DNA of 64,000 bases, from positions 186,001 to 250,000 of the forward strand of contig CT868654.1 of NCBI GenBank assembly GCA_000165425.1, in the 5' to 3' direction. Positions within the stretch are counted from its first letter, which is position 1, and every line of letters starts with the position of its first letter. Below, piece by piece: positions 13,801 to 26,083 of this stretch. The DNA is from Paramecium tetraurelia. Lineage: Eukaryota. Under the pieces are notes generated by a model, which ran no database searches, was not told where the DNA came from, and worked only from the letters and a program-made list of their open reading frames with translations. The translations under genes and the position numbers were made by a program.

Positions 13801-15305
13801 AAACACATCATGATTCCAATAAGGATCTGGATAGTGTGACCTTAGGTCAGTCTAACAACTTTATACCCGCCATTGAAATCAACAATTTCCAAAAAGAATG
13901 GAATATAAGTTCATTCCTGGCAGAATAATAAAAGTTGATTAAGACTCAGATGATTTATGTAAAGATGTTCTTTATTTTAGGAATTTGTTCCGATTTATGA
14001 AAATCAACCCTTATCCTACTTATCATTCGCACTCAATCATCCTAAATATATCAATGAGATCTATCAAAAAGAAAGTAATTACTCTCATTATTAACCTAAG
14101 ATTTTGGTATGATAGAGTCTACACAAAAATCATCTGAGCAGGCTAAACTGTTCTTCTAATAATTATTATACCCCAAGGAACAGAAATAGGAAGTCGAAAA
14201 CATTAGATACATGAGTGTTGATTTAGGTAATAACAATTTAAATCAATAATAAATATATTAGAAATAGGACAATAGGGACATTTTCATTTTGAAAATCAAT
14301 TATGATGTCGAAAAAAAGAATGACAGATCAAATACCCTCATATTACAATAATAACAATAATAATAACAATATCAAGTCAACTTATCTTATCAATTTGATG
14401 ATGCTCAATAAGAAAAGTCATTGCCATTAAATAATTAATAGCAATTCGTGCCAACCACTCAGGTTCGAAAAACAAAGTGGATTGAAGTGTTAATCTATTT
14501 CCCCACTTAATTCGAAGCTCTAAGATTATTAGCAGGTATCACCTTAGCACAATTCATCAAATCCATCTCATCTACGAATATTTGGAGTGCCTCTGGAGGT
14601 AAGTCTCAGTCCAAATTCTACAAATCCAATGATGAGCTATTTGTATTCAAAAAATTAGAATAAGACAAAGAGTTCTTGATGTTTAAACAATTTGCACTTG
14701 ATTATTTCAAACATATGTACAGACACTTTTATGAATCCAAACCTTCTCTCTTAAGTAAAATCTTTGGAATGTTCGAAATCAGAGACAGAGGACAAACTGA
14801 ATACTTCTTAGTAATGGAAAACCTATATTTCGGAATGGGGGATCCCTCTAATTTGTTGGTCTACGATCTCAAAGGAAGTGAAACCAACAGACTAGAAAAG
14901 AAGAAGAAAGGAGTCCTTCTTGATACTAACTTCAGAATTGACAGAAATTCAGAACCTATTCCTATTCTCAAGGAAAATTACAGATACAACGACAGAGCAT
15001 TCTAAGTATTCCTTTAATCTTATTGTAGATCGATTGCAAATTCCTCAATAAACAAAATGTTATTGATTATTCATTGTTGTTGATCATTGACTAAAAGCAA
15101 AAGAAACTCAGAATGGGTATTATTGATTATTTAAGATTCTACACCTGGGATAAGGAAACTGAACATTATTTAAAGTATTTATTAAAGGGAGGAATGGTAT
15201 CATATTAATTTTAATCCTAATTTACAGGTACCTACCATTGTTAATCCAGGAGATTATAAAAAGAGGTTCATTAATGCAATATTAAAATATTTTATACCAG
15301 TGTGA
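10831..15305 (+). CDS. FAB1: 1-phosphatidylinositol-3-phosphate 5-kinase (Fab1/PIKfyve)
   Basis: FYVE (WKPE..CEHC..KHHCRKCGLVFCSDCS), CCT/Cpn60-like region (YVKTKLL..GIVIRKNIALKRM..KPRILII), PIP kinase (SGGKSQSKFYKS, VMENL, YDLKGS, IDYSLL, GIIDYLRFYTWDK, PTIVNP). Confidence 0.93.
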
Positions 15306-15314
15306 ATAAATTAA

Positions 15315-15898
15315 TCATTAATACTTTTCTTTCAATAATATTAGTAAAATTTGTCAACATTTCTGATATTGTAATCCATTCTATTCTATAAATTGTCGCA
15401 TTTCCTCAAAAACTCAGCCTTCGGATCATTCTAATACACAATTTAAGGAGTCGATTAAGTCATTAACTATTGATTATAGCCAAGATTCCCTTGTTATAAA
15501 TTTAAACTAGGCAATAACTATTGTTAATTTAGAGATTGTTGTGCATTTTATAAAAATGGATTGGAAGGAGGATAATAATATTGAATTTATTGAGGAACCT
15601 TGTTCATTGCTTTCTACCTTTTTTATTAATAGTTTGATTATTGGTTGAAACCAACAAATTAAGATGTGTAATGCACTCTTTCAGGATGAACTAGCTCAAC
15701 TGGATAGTGCTATGGTCTGTAGATCAAATCTGTCCATTAACTTCTATACTCAGCAGCTGGTAGATTCAATTGCCTATAACAATAGTCATCCAATATTTTA
15801 TCTACTCTTGCCTTCTTTTCTCTTTCCGTCTAATCTTTTATTTCCAAAAATTTTTTATATGCTTGATCATCATTAAATATGTCTGGTTATTCAATCAT
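15315..15898 (-). CDS. Hypothetical protein
   Basis: MIEQPDIFNDDQAYKKFLEIKDQ...LRKCDNLQNRMDYNIRNVDKILLILLKEKYQ-TGA. Confidence 0.6.
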
Positions 15899-16145
15899 TC
15901 TTAATATATAATTTTATAAATATTACATCTAAATGTAATTTAATTGTTGTATTTCACTCTCTACCAATTCTTTATATAACTATTCTAAGACTAGTTAAAT
16001 TCAAGTGAAAGAATGCAAATATTATTTAAATAATATAATTACTCTTTGAAATCACTATATTTGTAAAATGGTCTTAAATTGTATTTGAGAATTTGATAAA
16101 ATAAAAAGTATTTAAAAATCCCATAGTTTATTGTATATAATAAGA

Positions 16146-16164
16146 AAGCCTTGGTTATAAATAA
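16146..16164 (+). promoter_or_regulatory. Upstream element (AAGCCTTGG, -39..-31) + TATAAATAA (-29) of 5S copy 1
   Basis: Same spacing in all three 5S copies. Confidence 0.55.
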
Positions 16165-16184
16165 CAATAAGGTATTATTATATC

Positions 16185-16304
16185 GTTGTCGGCCATACTA
16201 AGTCTAAAGCACCGGATCCCATTCGAACTCCGAAGTTAAGCGACTTAAGGCGAGGTTAGTACTAAGGTGGGGGACCGCTTGGGAAGTCCTCGTGTTGACA
16301 ACCC
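16185..16304 (+). rRNA. 5S: 5S rRNA gene, copy 1
   Basis: 120 nt GTTGTCGGCCATAC...GATCCCATTCGAACTCCGAAGTTAAGC...TTAGTACTAAGGTGGGGGACC...GTTGACAACCC; terminal stem GTTGTC/GACAAC. Confidence 0.98.
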
Positions 16305-16311
16305 TTTTTTT
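16305..16311 (+). terminator. Pol III oligo-T terminator
   Basis: T7 immediately after the 5S 3' end. Confidence 0.9.
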
Positions 16312-16418
16312 ATTTATTTAATATAATACTATTTATTAACATATTAAAAATCTAATTTCCAATTAATTTATTTATAATTAAAAATTCTATTTAAAAAATA
16401 AGTAATCTAATCGAAAGA

Positions 16419-17910
16419 TCAAATTTCTTTAATTTTAGCTAATTCTTTGATTAATGGACGAATATTCTTTCCTTACTCAGCCCATTCCTTAACTGCTCTT
16501 TCTGCCCAAGTAAAAAATGTCTTATTTTCATTGTGTTATAACCTCTTCAATTGTTCATCTTCTTATAGTTCTTATAGTATTTATTATTCTTTAATTTTCT
16601 AATTTGTTTATTAATATTTTATACCTATTTTTGTTCAATTTATTATAATTAGTATTCTTTAACCGATTAATTCCTCTTTCTTTAGTTATCTTAATCTTCT
16701 TATTCTATCTTTTATAGTTCCTCTCCTCTTTATTTCCAATACTATTGAAATTCCTTGTCATTTTGATTTTTCAACAATTTATCCTTCAATTTAAATTCTT
16801 TTATAATATTTCTACTTTCTTCAATCTTCTTCTTTTGTGCTTCTTATTTTAGTAATTTCTATTTTTCTGCTTCTTCATCTTTCTGTTCTGCCTCTTTAAT
16901 TTATTTATTCATCAATTATAATTATTCAGCCTCTTTTTTCATAAGAATGGCAATTTAAGCATCAATTAATTTTTATCTTTATTCTTGCTTCTCTTTGAAC
17001 TTGATTTCTTCTCTTTGTTTTCTCATTTGTAAGATCCTATCTTTCTTTTCTCCATGTAATTTAATCTATTCTTCTTATTCTTTATCTTTTTGTAATTATT
17101 ATAACTTGTATTCTTTAATTTCCTCATTACCTTTTTTGATTTCCAGCATGTTTTCATATCTCTTCCTCTTTCTGTCCTTCTCAGCTTCTTCCTCCTCTTG
17201 AATCATTTTCTATGCTCTTGCCTTGATTAATTAGCCTTCAATCTTTTCATTCTACATTTATTTGATATGATTGTTTATCATTTCATCATGTTATTGTTTG
17301 AGTACATTTTTTTATTCTTATTTTTTGCGTTTGAATTCGTCTTCTTTAAGCTTTTCTGCTTGATCGTAATTGGCCATGATGTCTAACTGTTCTTCATGAT
17401 GAATCTTGTCTCTCACACTAATAGGATTGTGACAATAACTTACTTGTTTATAGTCTTCTTATACTCATTTAATTACAGTTAAGAATCCCTTTCTTGAAGA
17501 ACATCTGAAAATAACAGTTTCTACTAAAATTATCTAATAACAGGATTATTCTCATAAATTAATCTATTTGCTCTTAATAATACATCTTGTTTTTATTTCT
17601 GTTAATATTCAGCTTCTTCCCTTTCAATTCTTCTACGTTCCTCCTCATCTTCTGCAAATCTCTCAAATTACGATTGATTCTTCCTTCTCCTAATATTCAT
17701 AGCACATGGCCACTTTTTGACTCTCTCCTAGGATCTGGCATGTCTAGTTGTTTATATATATCTAATGTACAAGTCTTATTTCTCAATCATTGTATGATTG
17801 TCTTGGATTTCGCAACTGCTGTTCCTCATCCTTCGCAATTGTGACAACGGAATTACGGATGTTGTTTTGTTGTTAAAATTACCCGAAGTTGCAGCACGAC
17901 CATCAAGCAT
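16419..17910 (-). CDS. Coiled-coil ciliary protein, CFAP210/CCDC173-like (TPH domain)
   Basis: HARSQERVKKWP...EEERRRIEREEAEYQ...RANRLIYENNPVIRQFQQKLLFSDVLQERDSQL; C-terminal WAERAVKEW..GKNIRPLIKEL. Confidence 0.7.
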
Positions 17911-18073
17911 TATATAATTTATTTATTAAATACTTCAATCATATAACTGCTATAATTTACAAATCTCTAAGATATCAACACAAATAACCATTGGGTACTA
18001 AAATATATTATATTTTAGAATTTTGTAAGAAAAATCTCGAAAAGAAATTCATTAATTTCTAAAAATTTAAGAA

Positions 18074-20219
18074 ATGCAAAATAGTGTCCACTTAGAGATG
18101 AACAAACCCTTAAAATATCCATCTAATGATATTTCTGTTTGTTGGCCCTCCTTTTAAACTTCAAGTTTCAACTCCAATCCAATCAGAAAAGACTCTGAAA
18201 TCAATCCTCAGATGCAGCTAAGTAAATTCAGCGATTCTGAAAGTGAAAACAATCAAGTTCCAAAAAATCTGGAGAATCTCTGTTCCTATTAAAATCAAAG
18301 TGTGCCAGGGAATCCAATATATCTTCTCCTTTCATCTGAAATGTTTTTGTTCACAAAAATTATTTCAATTATCCTAGCGAACATTTTACTCCTTTTTTTA
18401 ACCTTCTATTTACCCTACTTCTATTTTGAGAACTTTACGTAATTTAATTTATTATAATTTTAAGAGAATCAGATCCCATTTATTTTCCAGTTCTTTTGTT
18501 TATAATGACGCTAGAATTACACACTCAATTTATCAAAATTTTAAGTAAATTTCTCAAAAAAAACAAAATCTCAATAAAATTACTAGATATCACAATCTTA
18601 ATAACCTATATACTTTGCTTTACAATTTAGAACGTTATAACTTTTACAATTTTATATTACCTGCTATTCTTAAGAAATTTAAAATTTATTTAAAAGTTGC
18701 TAAGTTTAATCCCATTTATTAATTATTAGTAATACAAATATATTATACTTTAGGTAAATAATAATCACTAAAATGATCGTTGTATTGCTATTCCAAATAC
18801 ATTACTTTACTTGTATTTGGGGAGTAGAACTAAAATCAATTAACAAAGATGATCTAGTTTACTCAGATTACTTTTATAAATCATTTCTGATGTTATTTTT
18901 TAAATTTGATCAATTAGAAAATTAATAAAACCATTTATTAATACTAACACATCTGTTTAGTAACATCATAATTATAATTTTCTTGTTTACCATATTTACA
19001 TAATGCCAATCACAACTGCATAAACATGATATTGAGTTAAAAACTTATAAGTTATTCTTAAAATCAAATATGCTTGAATTCAAAGTTAAGATTGTTTTGT
19101 TTCACTATTAAAAAATATTCTTATTAATTGAGAATCAATTGAATGCAAAAGAAAATGAAAAGAAAAAGGCTTTGTTATAGTACATAAAAATGAGGTTGAT
19201 TAGTTAGGAACTCAGACACTTTAAATTTCTATCTAAAACTGCTCTGAATGATATCAGTGCTAAGGGAGTCTTTGGACTGAGTTTGAAATAATAAGTAATT
19301 TAAATTGTATATTCAAGAATTTCTAAGCAGAAATTGATGGAGTATATATAATACTAGCTGGGAGAGTCAATGTGAACTTCATGGGATTGAACCTAAAGGT
19401 TGATACTCAGAAGATCATCAATATTTGTATAATTGAAATGATGAATACTCAACAATAGAGGAAATTAATATTGGAACCAATTGATATGAATGATATATTG
19501 TACTTTTACATTAATCAGGATTAATTTCAGAGTTGTTTATAAAAGCAGCTAGAGAAGGTTATTTATTTGTTATAATCTCTAGGAAGAGTATTAAATGATT
19601 AGAGATGATATCAACTTCAACAATACCACTGAGGAATTGAATATCTAATGTTATTTTTGCAATCTATTTCATCCAACATTCAATTGTTCTTGTTTGAATA
19701 TTAAGAGAAGATTCACTTATGATAAGACATATTAGGAGAGAGGAGCATTGTTTCAGAGGAAGAATAACAGTAGAGTTAAAGCAGGCATCTATTAATAGGT
19801 AGTCGATCTTTGAATCATAGATTACAAATTAGGGAACTAGCAACTGTAATATTAGTGATAAAAGTTCTGATAGTTTTGAAGCATTTTCAGATTACTCAAG
19901 TGATAAGTTGAATGTGTCAAACCAACAACTTCATTATGACTAGATTGGCAAGTAGAGTTCGATTAGTTAGATATATAAGGATATACTATAGATTGATTTG
20001 ATATCCGACAAGGTTAGTGATCCCATAATAAGCAGTACTTTAATTAAAAATTTGCAAGTGCCTGACAAAGCACTCAGGAATCAATCGGATAGCAATTAAA
20101 CAGCTTTTCAGGAATTGGATTCTTTTCCTGAAATAGATAAAATATAGGAGTATCAACATTATAAAGTGGCTTACAACATCAATAATGTGTTAAATAAAAT
20201 AAATAAACAGAGAATGTGA
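18074..20219 (+). CDS. Divergent cyclic-nucleotide-gated/KCNH-like cation channel subunit lacking a canonical filter
   Basis: Multiple TM segments; S5 LLFQIHYFTCIWG; pore-helix-like YSDYFYKSFLMLFF; CNBD-like YIILAGRV; C-terminal EIDKIQEYQHYKVAYNINNV similar to Paramecium channel tails as I recall them. Confidence 0.6.
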
Positions 20220-20266
20220 CAACTTTCTATTTTATATTTATTAATGTTTATAAAAATAATAATAAA

Positions 20267-20832
20267 ATGTAATAGCTTCACAAATTTTCAAATAAGTCTG
20301 TTCAGTAGATTGTATAAGAGTTGATGTATGATGAGTATTTGGAAAGAGATAATATGTTGAGAAATGCATTTAATTCATCGCCTTTGAAGGCAGTTAAGAA
20401 AAAAATAGTATTTTCAAAGAACATCTACAATAATTATTTACAGCAATCACCGAGTTCGGTAACTTCGTAGAATAATCAATGCAAGGTCATAGGAGTGGTA
20501 GCGATATAAAAGAAAAAGAATCAGGATGCTATCATCAATGTGTCAGTATATAATATTTTAATTGTAGTCCGAAGAATGTTAAGAAGGTGAACAAACCAAA
20601 GGAATTGAGGGGGTTGTCGATATCGGATCATATGGACAATGTGATTAGGGACAAAAACAATTTACCTCAGATTCAGAGGTAATCTCAGAAGAGTTTAGTG
20701 TTCAATGATGATGATTTTGAAGGGTACAAATTGAAATCGGAAGAAATGACTTTGGAAATAGATGAATACATGAAGATGAAGAAGGACAAGGACTCTTTTT
20801 CATTGCCCAATATTTACTCAAGATATTAATGA
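20267..20832 (+). CDS. Hypothetical protein
   Basis: MQQLHKFSNKSVQQIVQELMYDEYLER...FSLPNIYSRYQ-TGA, one intron. Confidence 0.6.
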
Positions 20833-21006
20833 TTATTTTTATTATAATCTCTTTATGATGTGATTTTATAATAAATATATATTATATTAAAAAGTTGATT
20901 GGAGAGACATGGTCAAATAAATGAGTGACTTACAATAAAGTGGCTATGTATAATTTAATTAAAATATAAATTAGAATTATAATTTAATTTAAATAAAAGG
21001 GAACGA

Positions 21007-21735
21007 ATGTCCAAAAAGAAAAAGGGCTTATATTTCATAGAATAGATTCTCGATTACAAACAATACCAAGGATAAAAATACTATCTTGTTAAATGGTAGG
21101 GCTATAACAACAGAGATTGTACATGGGAAAAACCTGAGAAGATTCCCAATTTGACCTAATATTTGAATGAATATGAATAGAATGTCAAAAATTTAGGATC
21201 CAATTTTTATCAACTTGAGAACGATGAACCTCCACAACTAGAAGATTTCATAGGAGTGCCTAGTCAATAAAAACAATCTGTATTGCAATAATAATAAGAA
21301 TAAATAAAGAAACTTCAGGATTAAGTGAGTTAATTAAAACAGGAATTAAACCAAGTTAAAAAACAGTAGGAAGATATCTTATAGATGATGCAGACTCTTC
21401 CTCAAGATAAGAAAACATAACCATCAAATTAATAGCAGGATTCTGAGATTATCTAGGATTCTGTTTCTGAATTATCTCAAAAAAATACTGAAGTCAAATT
21501 ACCAAATGAGGGAGGGTTCGAATATGGAGATCAATTGGATAAAATAGGTTAGGCCGCATAACTCAAATAAACAGGCATCAAAATGTATTATTTGTTGTGG
21601 CAAAAGCGATCTAATGGTACTCATGAATCTAAGACATTAGGTATAATACCAAAGAATCGATGGGTGAGCAGTGAGTATCTGTAAAAACATGATATCAAGT
21701 CATTGTGTTACTATCTATAAAAAAAATTATAATGA
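21007..21735 (+). CDS. HP1-like protein: chromodomain, coiled coil, chromo-shadow-like domain
   Basis: LYFIEQILDYKQYQGQKYYLVKWQGYNNRDCTWEK; C-terminal GFEYGDQLDKI...YYLLWQKRSNGIIPKNRWVSSEYLQKHDIKSLCYYLQKKL. Confidence 0.85.
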
Positions 21736-21836
21736 ATTTGTGTTTATATCAATCAATAGTCACATTCAAGCACAAATCAATCTCACAATAATCATTATGT
21801 GATTTACTAAAATATAATAATAATTATTTTATTACA

Positions 21837-22707
21837 ATGATGGAAAGCTTGGTATTAAAAGTGATGTTTTCGGCACCTAATCCGATGTATTCAAATAAAG
21901 ATTATTTAAATTGTATAGATTATGCAAAAATACATTACGGTGGAAAACATGTAAGGGATGCTCCATATTTGATTATGGAACATCCTTTCTGTAACACTGA
22001 TACCTACTTGATCTACTTTCATGCAAAGGACGAAGATATGTAATTAAAGTCTCCCTATTTCCATAGAAACTATGCTTAGTAGTTTATATATGAAATCTAA
22101 CAATCTTGTAAATTCAACGCCATCCTATCTGAATATCCTGGATATGGAATCTATCAAAATGTTAATGCTCATGATTCTATAGTTGAATAAGATGCTCTTC
22201 AATTGTTTGATCATATTCAGGACAAATACAAACTAAAAAATAATCAAATCATTGTTTTCGGAAGGTATCGGCTAAATTTAAATGAAGATCAATAGGAACT
22301 GGGCCAGCCTTCTATATCAATAGTTTAAGACAATGCAGAGCTGTTATTGCACTTAGTTCTTTTACCTCTATTAGAGATATTATCAAAGAAAAAACATTTG
22401 AATGGGTAGCAAATCTAATCCCCACGAAGTTTGATAATTTGTAACGAGCTCAAAGTGCTAAGTCTCCTATGCTCTTGATACATGGTGCCGAGGATGATAT
22501 TGTTAATAAATAGCACACAGAAATTCTGTTCGCCAAGTTTTAGTTTTTAATCTATGCCATAGTCTTCCCAATAAAGTTAAGGCACAATCAGTAAAAAGGA
22601 TTAGACCAGACATGACACACAACGATTACATTTTCGAACATGATATCATAGCTCCTATTTAACTATTCTTCCCTGATCTCAGTATATAATAAAGATTTAG
22701 ATATTGA
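21837..22707 (+). CDS. Alpha/beta hydrolase, ABHD17/ABHD13-like
   Basis: LIYFH, EYPGYGIY, FGRSIGTGPA (nucleophile motif), LLIHGAEDDIV, THND. Confidence 0.85.
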
Positions 22708-22751
22708 CATTTTATTCATTTAATTATTTCATATTATACTATACTACAATA

Positions 22752-22770
22752 AAACCCAGGATATAAATAA
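22752..22770 (+). promoter_or_regulatory. Upstream element AAACCCAGG + TATAAATAA (-29) of 5S copy 2
   Basis: Identical to the copy 3 upstream element, same spacing. Confidence 0.6.
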
Positions 22771-22790
22771 CAATAAGGTATTATTATATC

Positions 22791-22910
22791 GTTGTCGGCC
22801 ATACTAAGTCTAAAGCACCGGATCCCATTCGAACTCCGAAGTTAAGCGACTTAAGGCGAGGTTAGTACTAAGGTGGGGGACCGCTTGGGAAGTCCTCGTG
22901 TTGACAACCC
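22791..22910 (+). rRNA. 5S: 5S rRNA gene, copy 2
   Basis: Identical to copy 1 by inspection. Confidence 0.98.
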
Positions 22911-22917
22911 TTTTTTT
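22911..22917 (+). terminator. Pol III oligo-T terminator
   Basis: T7 after 5S. Confidence 0.9.
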
Positions 22918-23605
22918 ATTTATTTAATATAATACTATTTATTAATTGTAATTATTATTAGTTAATAACTTATTTATATAGTTTTTTAGTTTAAATATAT
23001 AATGAATTTCATATTCAAAGTTAAAGGATTTTAATTCATAGAACTAAATTAATAAATTTGAATAACATAGTGTTACGTTTGGGTAATAAATTGAAATTGA
23101 CTCCATGACTTTTTTTATAATCTAATCTCTACTTCTCTATTTTATCAAACCTCTTCTCCTCATGCTAACCTTATAATATCATCCCCATTAACAACGACTA
23201 AAATATAGAAAATTGATAAAACATCAATCTTCTCACTTTCTAAATTGTTCTTTACTTTAAATATAGTATAATTAACAACTATTAATTAAGAACAAGTAAA
23301 TAGAATAGTTTCAATAAGAATTTAAATTAGATTTGCTCAATTAATATAAATTTAATTGATATTATTATTGTTGAAGAAGAAATTCCTACAATAAGTGGCA
23401 TTAACAAGATAATTTAAATATCCTGTATTTTATGAAGCCCATTTAACAATAGAGTGATACACATGTAATTTCAAAAATTGAGTAGATATTTTGTGTTCAT
23501 TCACATAAAAAATATACTGTTAATACAAATTTGTTCTCATTAATTCAAATTTGAATATTTATTAATGACAAGAATGTAATAACAAATGATGGATAAAAAT
23601 ATAAG

Positions 23606-24242
23606 TCAATATCTAGTTTTAGTTTTAGGTTTGACGTTAGCAAATTGAGATAATTTTTTCAATTATTCTGGTTAAGATTACATCAAGTGATTCTTCTTAA
23701 TAGTTTCCCTGAGTAGTTTGCTTGATTTAGTTTCTACTGAAATCCTACTTTTGGCAGTGGATGGTCTGGATGTATATGCTTCTGCTTATTTTTTCTCAGC
23801 TACTGCACCATAATCATAGGCTAAAACATTTTTAATTGGAGAAGGAGTTCTTAAGATTAGATTTAACTTTATACTTATTTTTTCTACCAAAGACTTATAA
23901 TTTAGGAGTCTCAGTCATTCTTGGTTTACCCTAAACTACCTTTAATCTGATATCATGTGACTGTCTGAATTCTTAGAAATCTTTAGCAGTATACAAATTC
24001 TGTTTGATACTCATGATATTTGTTTTTTTGAAATCTTTTTCTGGTCTGATTTCATTTGATGCAAAATGCTACATGTGGCACAATACTTCTGCCAAAGTTT
24101 CCTCTTTTCCAGGAACAGTTCGAGTACCAAATGCGCAATTAGGAATTGGGTAGGTATTTGGTTTTGCCTTGCCAACATCATCTTTTACAATGAGTGGATT
24201 TGTTGAATACTTTTCCCAAGGGTATACAGTTTTATTTGACAT
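23606..24242 (-). CDS. CFAP77: Cilia- and flagella-associated protein 77-like (DUF4483)
   Basis: NPLIVKDDVGKAKPNTY..FG...KDFKKTNIMSIKQNLYTAKDFQEFRQSHDIRLK...PSPIKNVLAYDYG...ANVKPKTKTRY. Confidence 0.8.
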
Positions 24243-24753
24243 GATGATTAATTATATTAATTACTATATTAAATAATAACTTATACAAAGATTCTTGATT
24301 AATATGTGTTGGAAACAATTGCGTATCAGTCGAATTGCTCGAATATAGACTATTAGGTTACTTTCCAAATATATATTCAAAGATAATATTTTATAATATA
24401 CTCTATAATTTTATCTATTTAATTCACGAAATAGATTCCTTAAAGATATATAAGTCCATCTAGATATAATATTATTAATTTATATTATAGTTTATGTTGG
24501 TTATAAATATCTCATAAGATAAATAATCTAAATGCATGATTATATAATATATAAAATAGATATCTAGTATAAAATGATTGTTAATCATGTTATAAATTCA
24601 ATTAGAAATTCTCAATAAATTTATAATACCTTATATCTTGGAATTTGATTATTCTCCATAAAACATTAAAACTATCTCATTATAACATCTTATCTTATCA
24701 TCGTATAAAATATAAACAAAACAATAATACTTTTATTAAATATATATTATATT

Positions 24754-26083
24754 TCAATTACTTAATTACTAATATGCTTCTTCCTCATTTAAATAAACTA
24801 AATCTAATAAGCGATATATGTGTAAGCACCCTCCACCGAAATATTCATGTTCTTGACATGTACTTACATAAGTCCAAGGGCTTTTTTCATTAATATCAAA
24901 ATCATTGATACTCCCTCTTGATAATGATTAAAATAAGACATTTACTTGTGACCAAAATAGCAGAATGTGGTTTCTTTGGTTTAAAAATTAACTGAAAATA
25001 GTTCTTCACTTCCAATGGTCAAATGATTTCGATCAGGTCCGAATTACAAGGAGTACACTTATGAAAGGTTATCAACTTCCTTCACATATTCTTAGATTCC
25101 AATAGGTTTACGAATGTCAATAATATGCACACTTCCATCTAATGAACCACTGGCTATGTAATTTTCATCATGTTGACTCCAACTTACACAATGAATATCT
25201 TTTTTATGTACTTCATCTAGACTCCAACATTTTCCTCCATCCATTCTTTGATCCCAACATATGATTTGTCTATTTTAACAACAGGATACCAATTGATCGG
25301 TCTGAAATTTATTGAAGGACATATCGACAACTTCTGCTTAATGTCCAGTCAGGACAGTTCTTTTATCTAATTTAATTGAATCATTGCCACAAATATTGTT
25401 TAATTCTCTTTTGCTTGTGAAGATAGAACTTGTTGATAGACGGGTTTGATAATCATTGATATCCCACAATAAGATTTTACAATCCTTGCCTCCACTTCCT
25501 AGTTTGTATTCTTGAGACCAATCTAAAGCAGTTGAATGACCTTATTGAGAGTGACCCATCAAATAGATCTCAGGAATACCTGCATGTGGATCTTTGGGAT
25601 TTTGTTAATTTTTATGTTTGGTGACATCCCACACAAGTACATTGCTATTGTCACTCTTGGTAGCAATTAGTTTTTGAGTAGTATTGCATTTGATGATATT
25701 GACATCTCCTGGATGGACGATGATTTGGCGTATTTTTAGATGCGGGTTTTTATATAATTGCAATTACTGATACACGAAAGTGACTTGGTGATTGATGGAA
25801 TATTTCACTTGTGGAATGTCTAAATAATCATTCGCTATTTACCTACTGTAGCCACGATTAATTGACATGGTGTTTGTTTCCAGATATTGGTAACTTCATC
25901 ATAAATTCCATCTGTTTTGATGGCAAAATATACTTTTTGTCGAATGTATTCTTTGGATTCCTGTACGATGGGTCCCCATTTACAAGAGGTGACAGGCCAA
26001 TCAATATTGTTTTCATATGTGAAATCAGTAATGCAAGGGCCTATTTATCTCCATTTTTATTATTTAGGAGTTAAATAATTCAT
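24754..26083 (-). CDS. WD40 histone-binding protein of the RBBP4/MSI family (MSI4/FVE-like)
   Basis: IDWPVTSCKWGP...QKVYFAIKTDG...IIVHPGDVN..ATKSD..VLVWDV..LMGH; WD repeats (GHQAEVVD, DIHCVSWS, SGSLDG); C-terminal GGGCLHIYRLLDLVYLNEEEA. Confidence 0.8.

Noticed and set aside
24309..24369. TTGGAAA...TTTCCAA closed stem, tRNA-like size
   Set aside because: No D/T-loop consensus; short stems are expected by chance in AT-rich DNA
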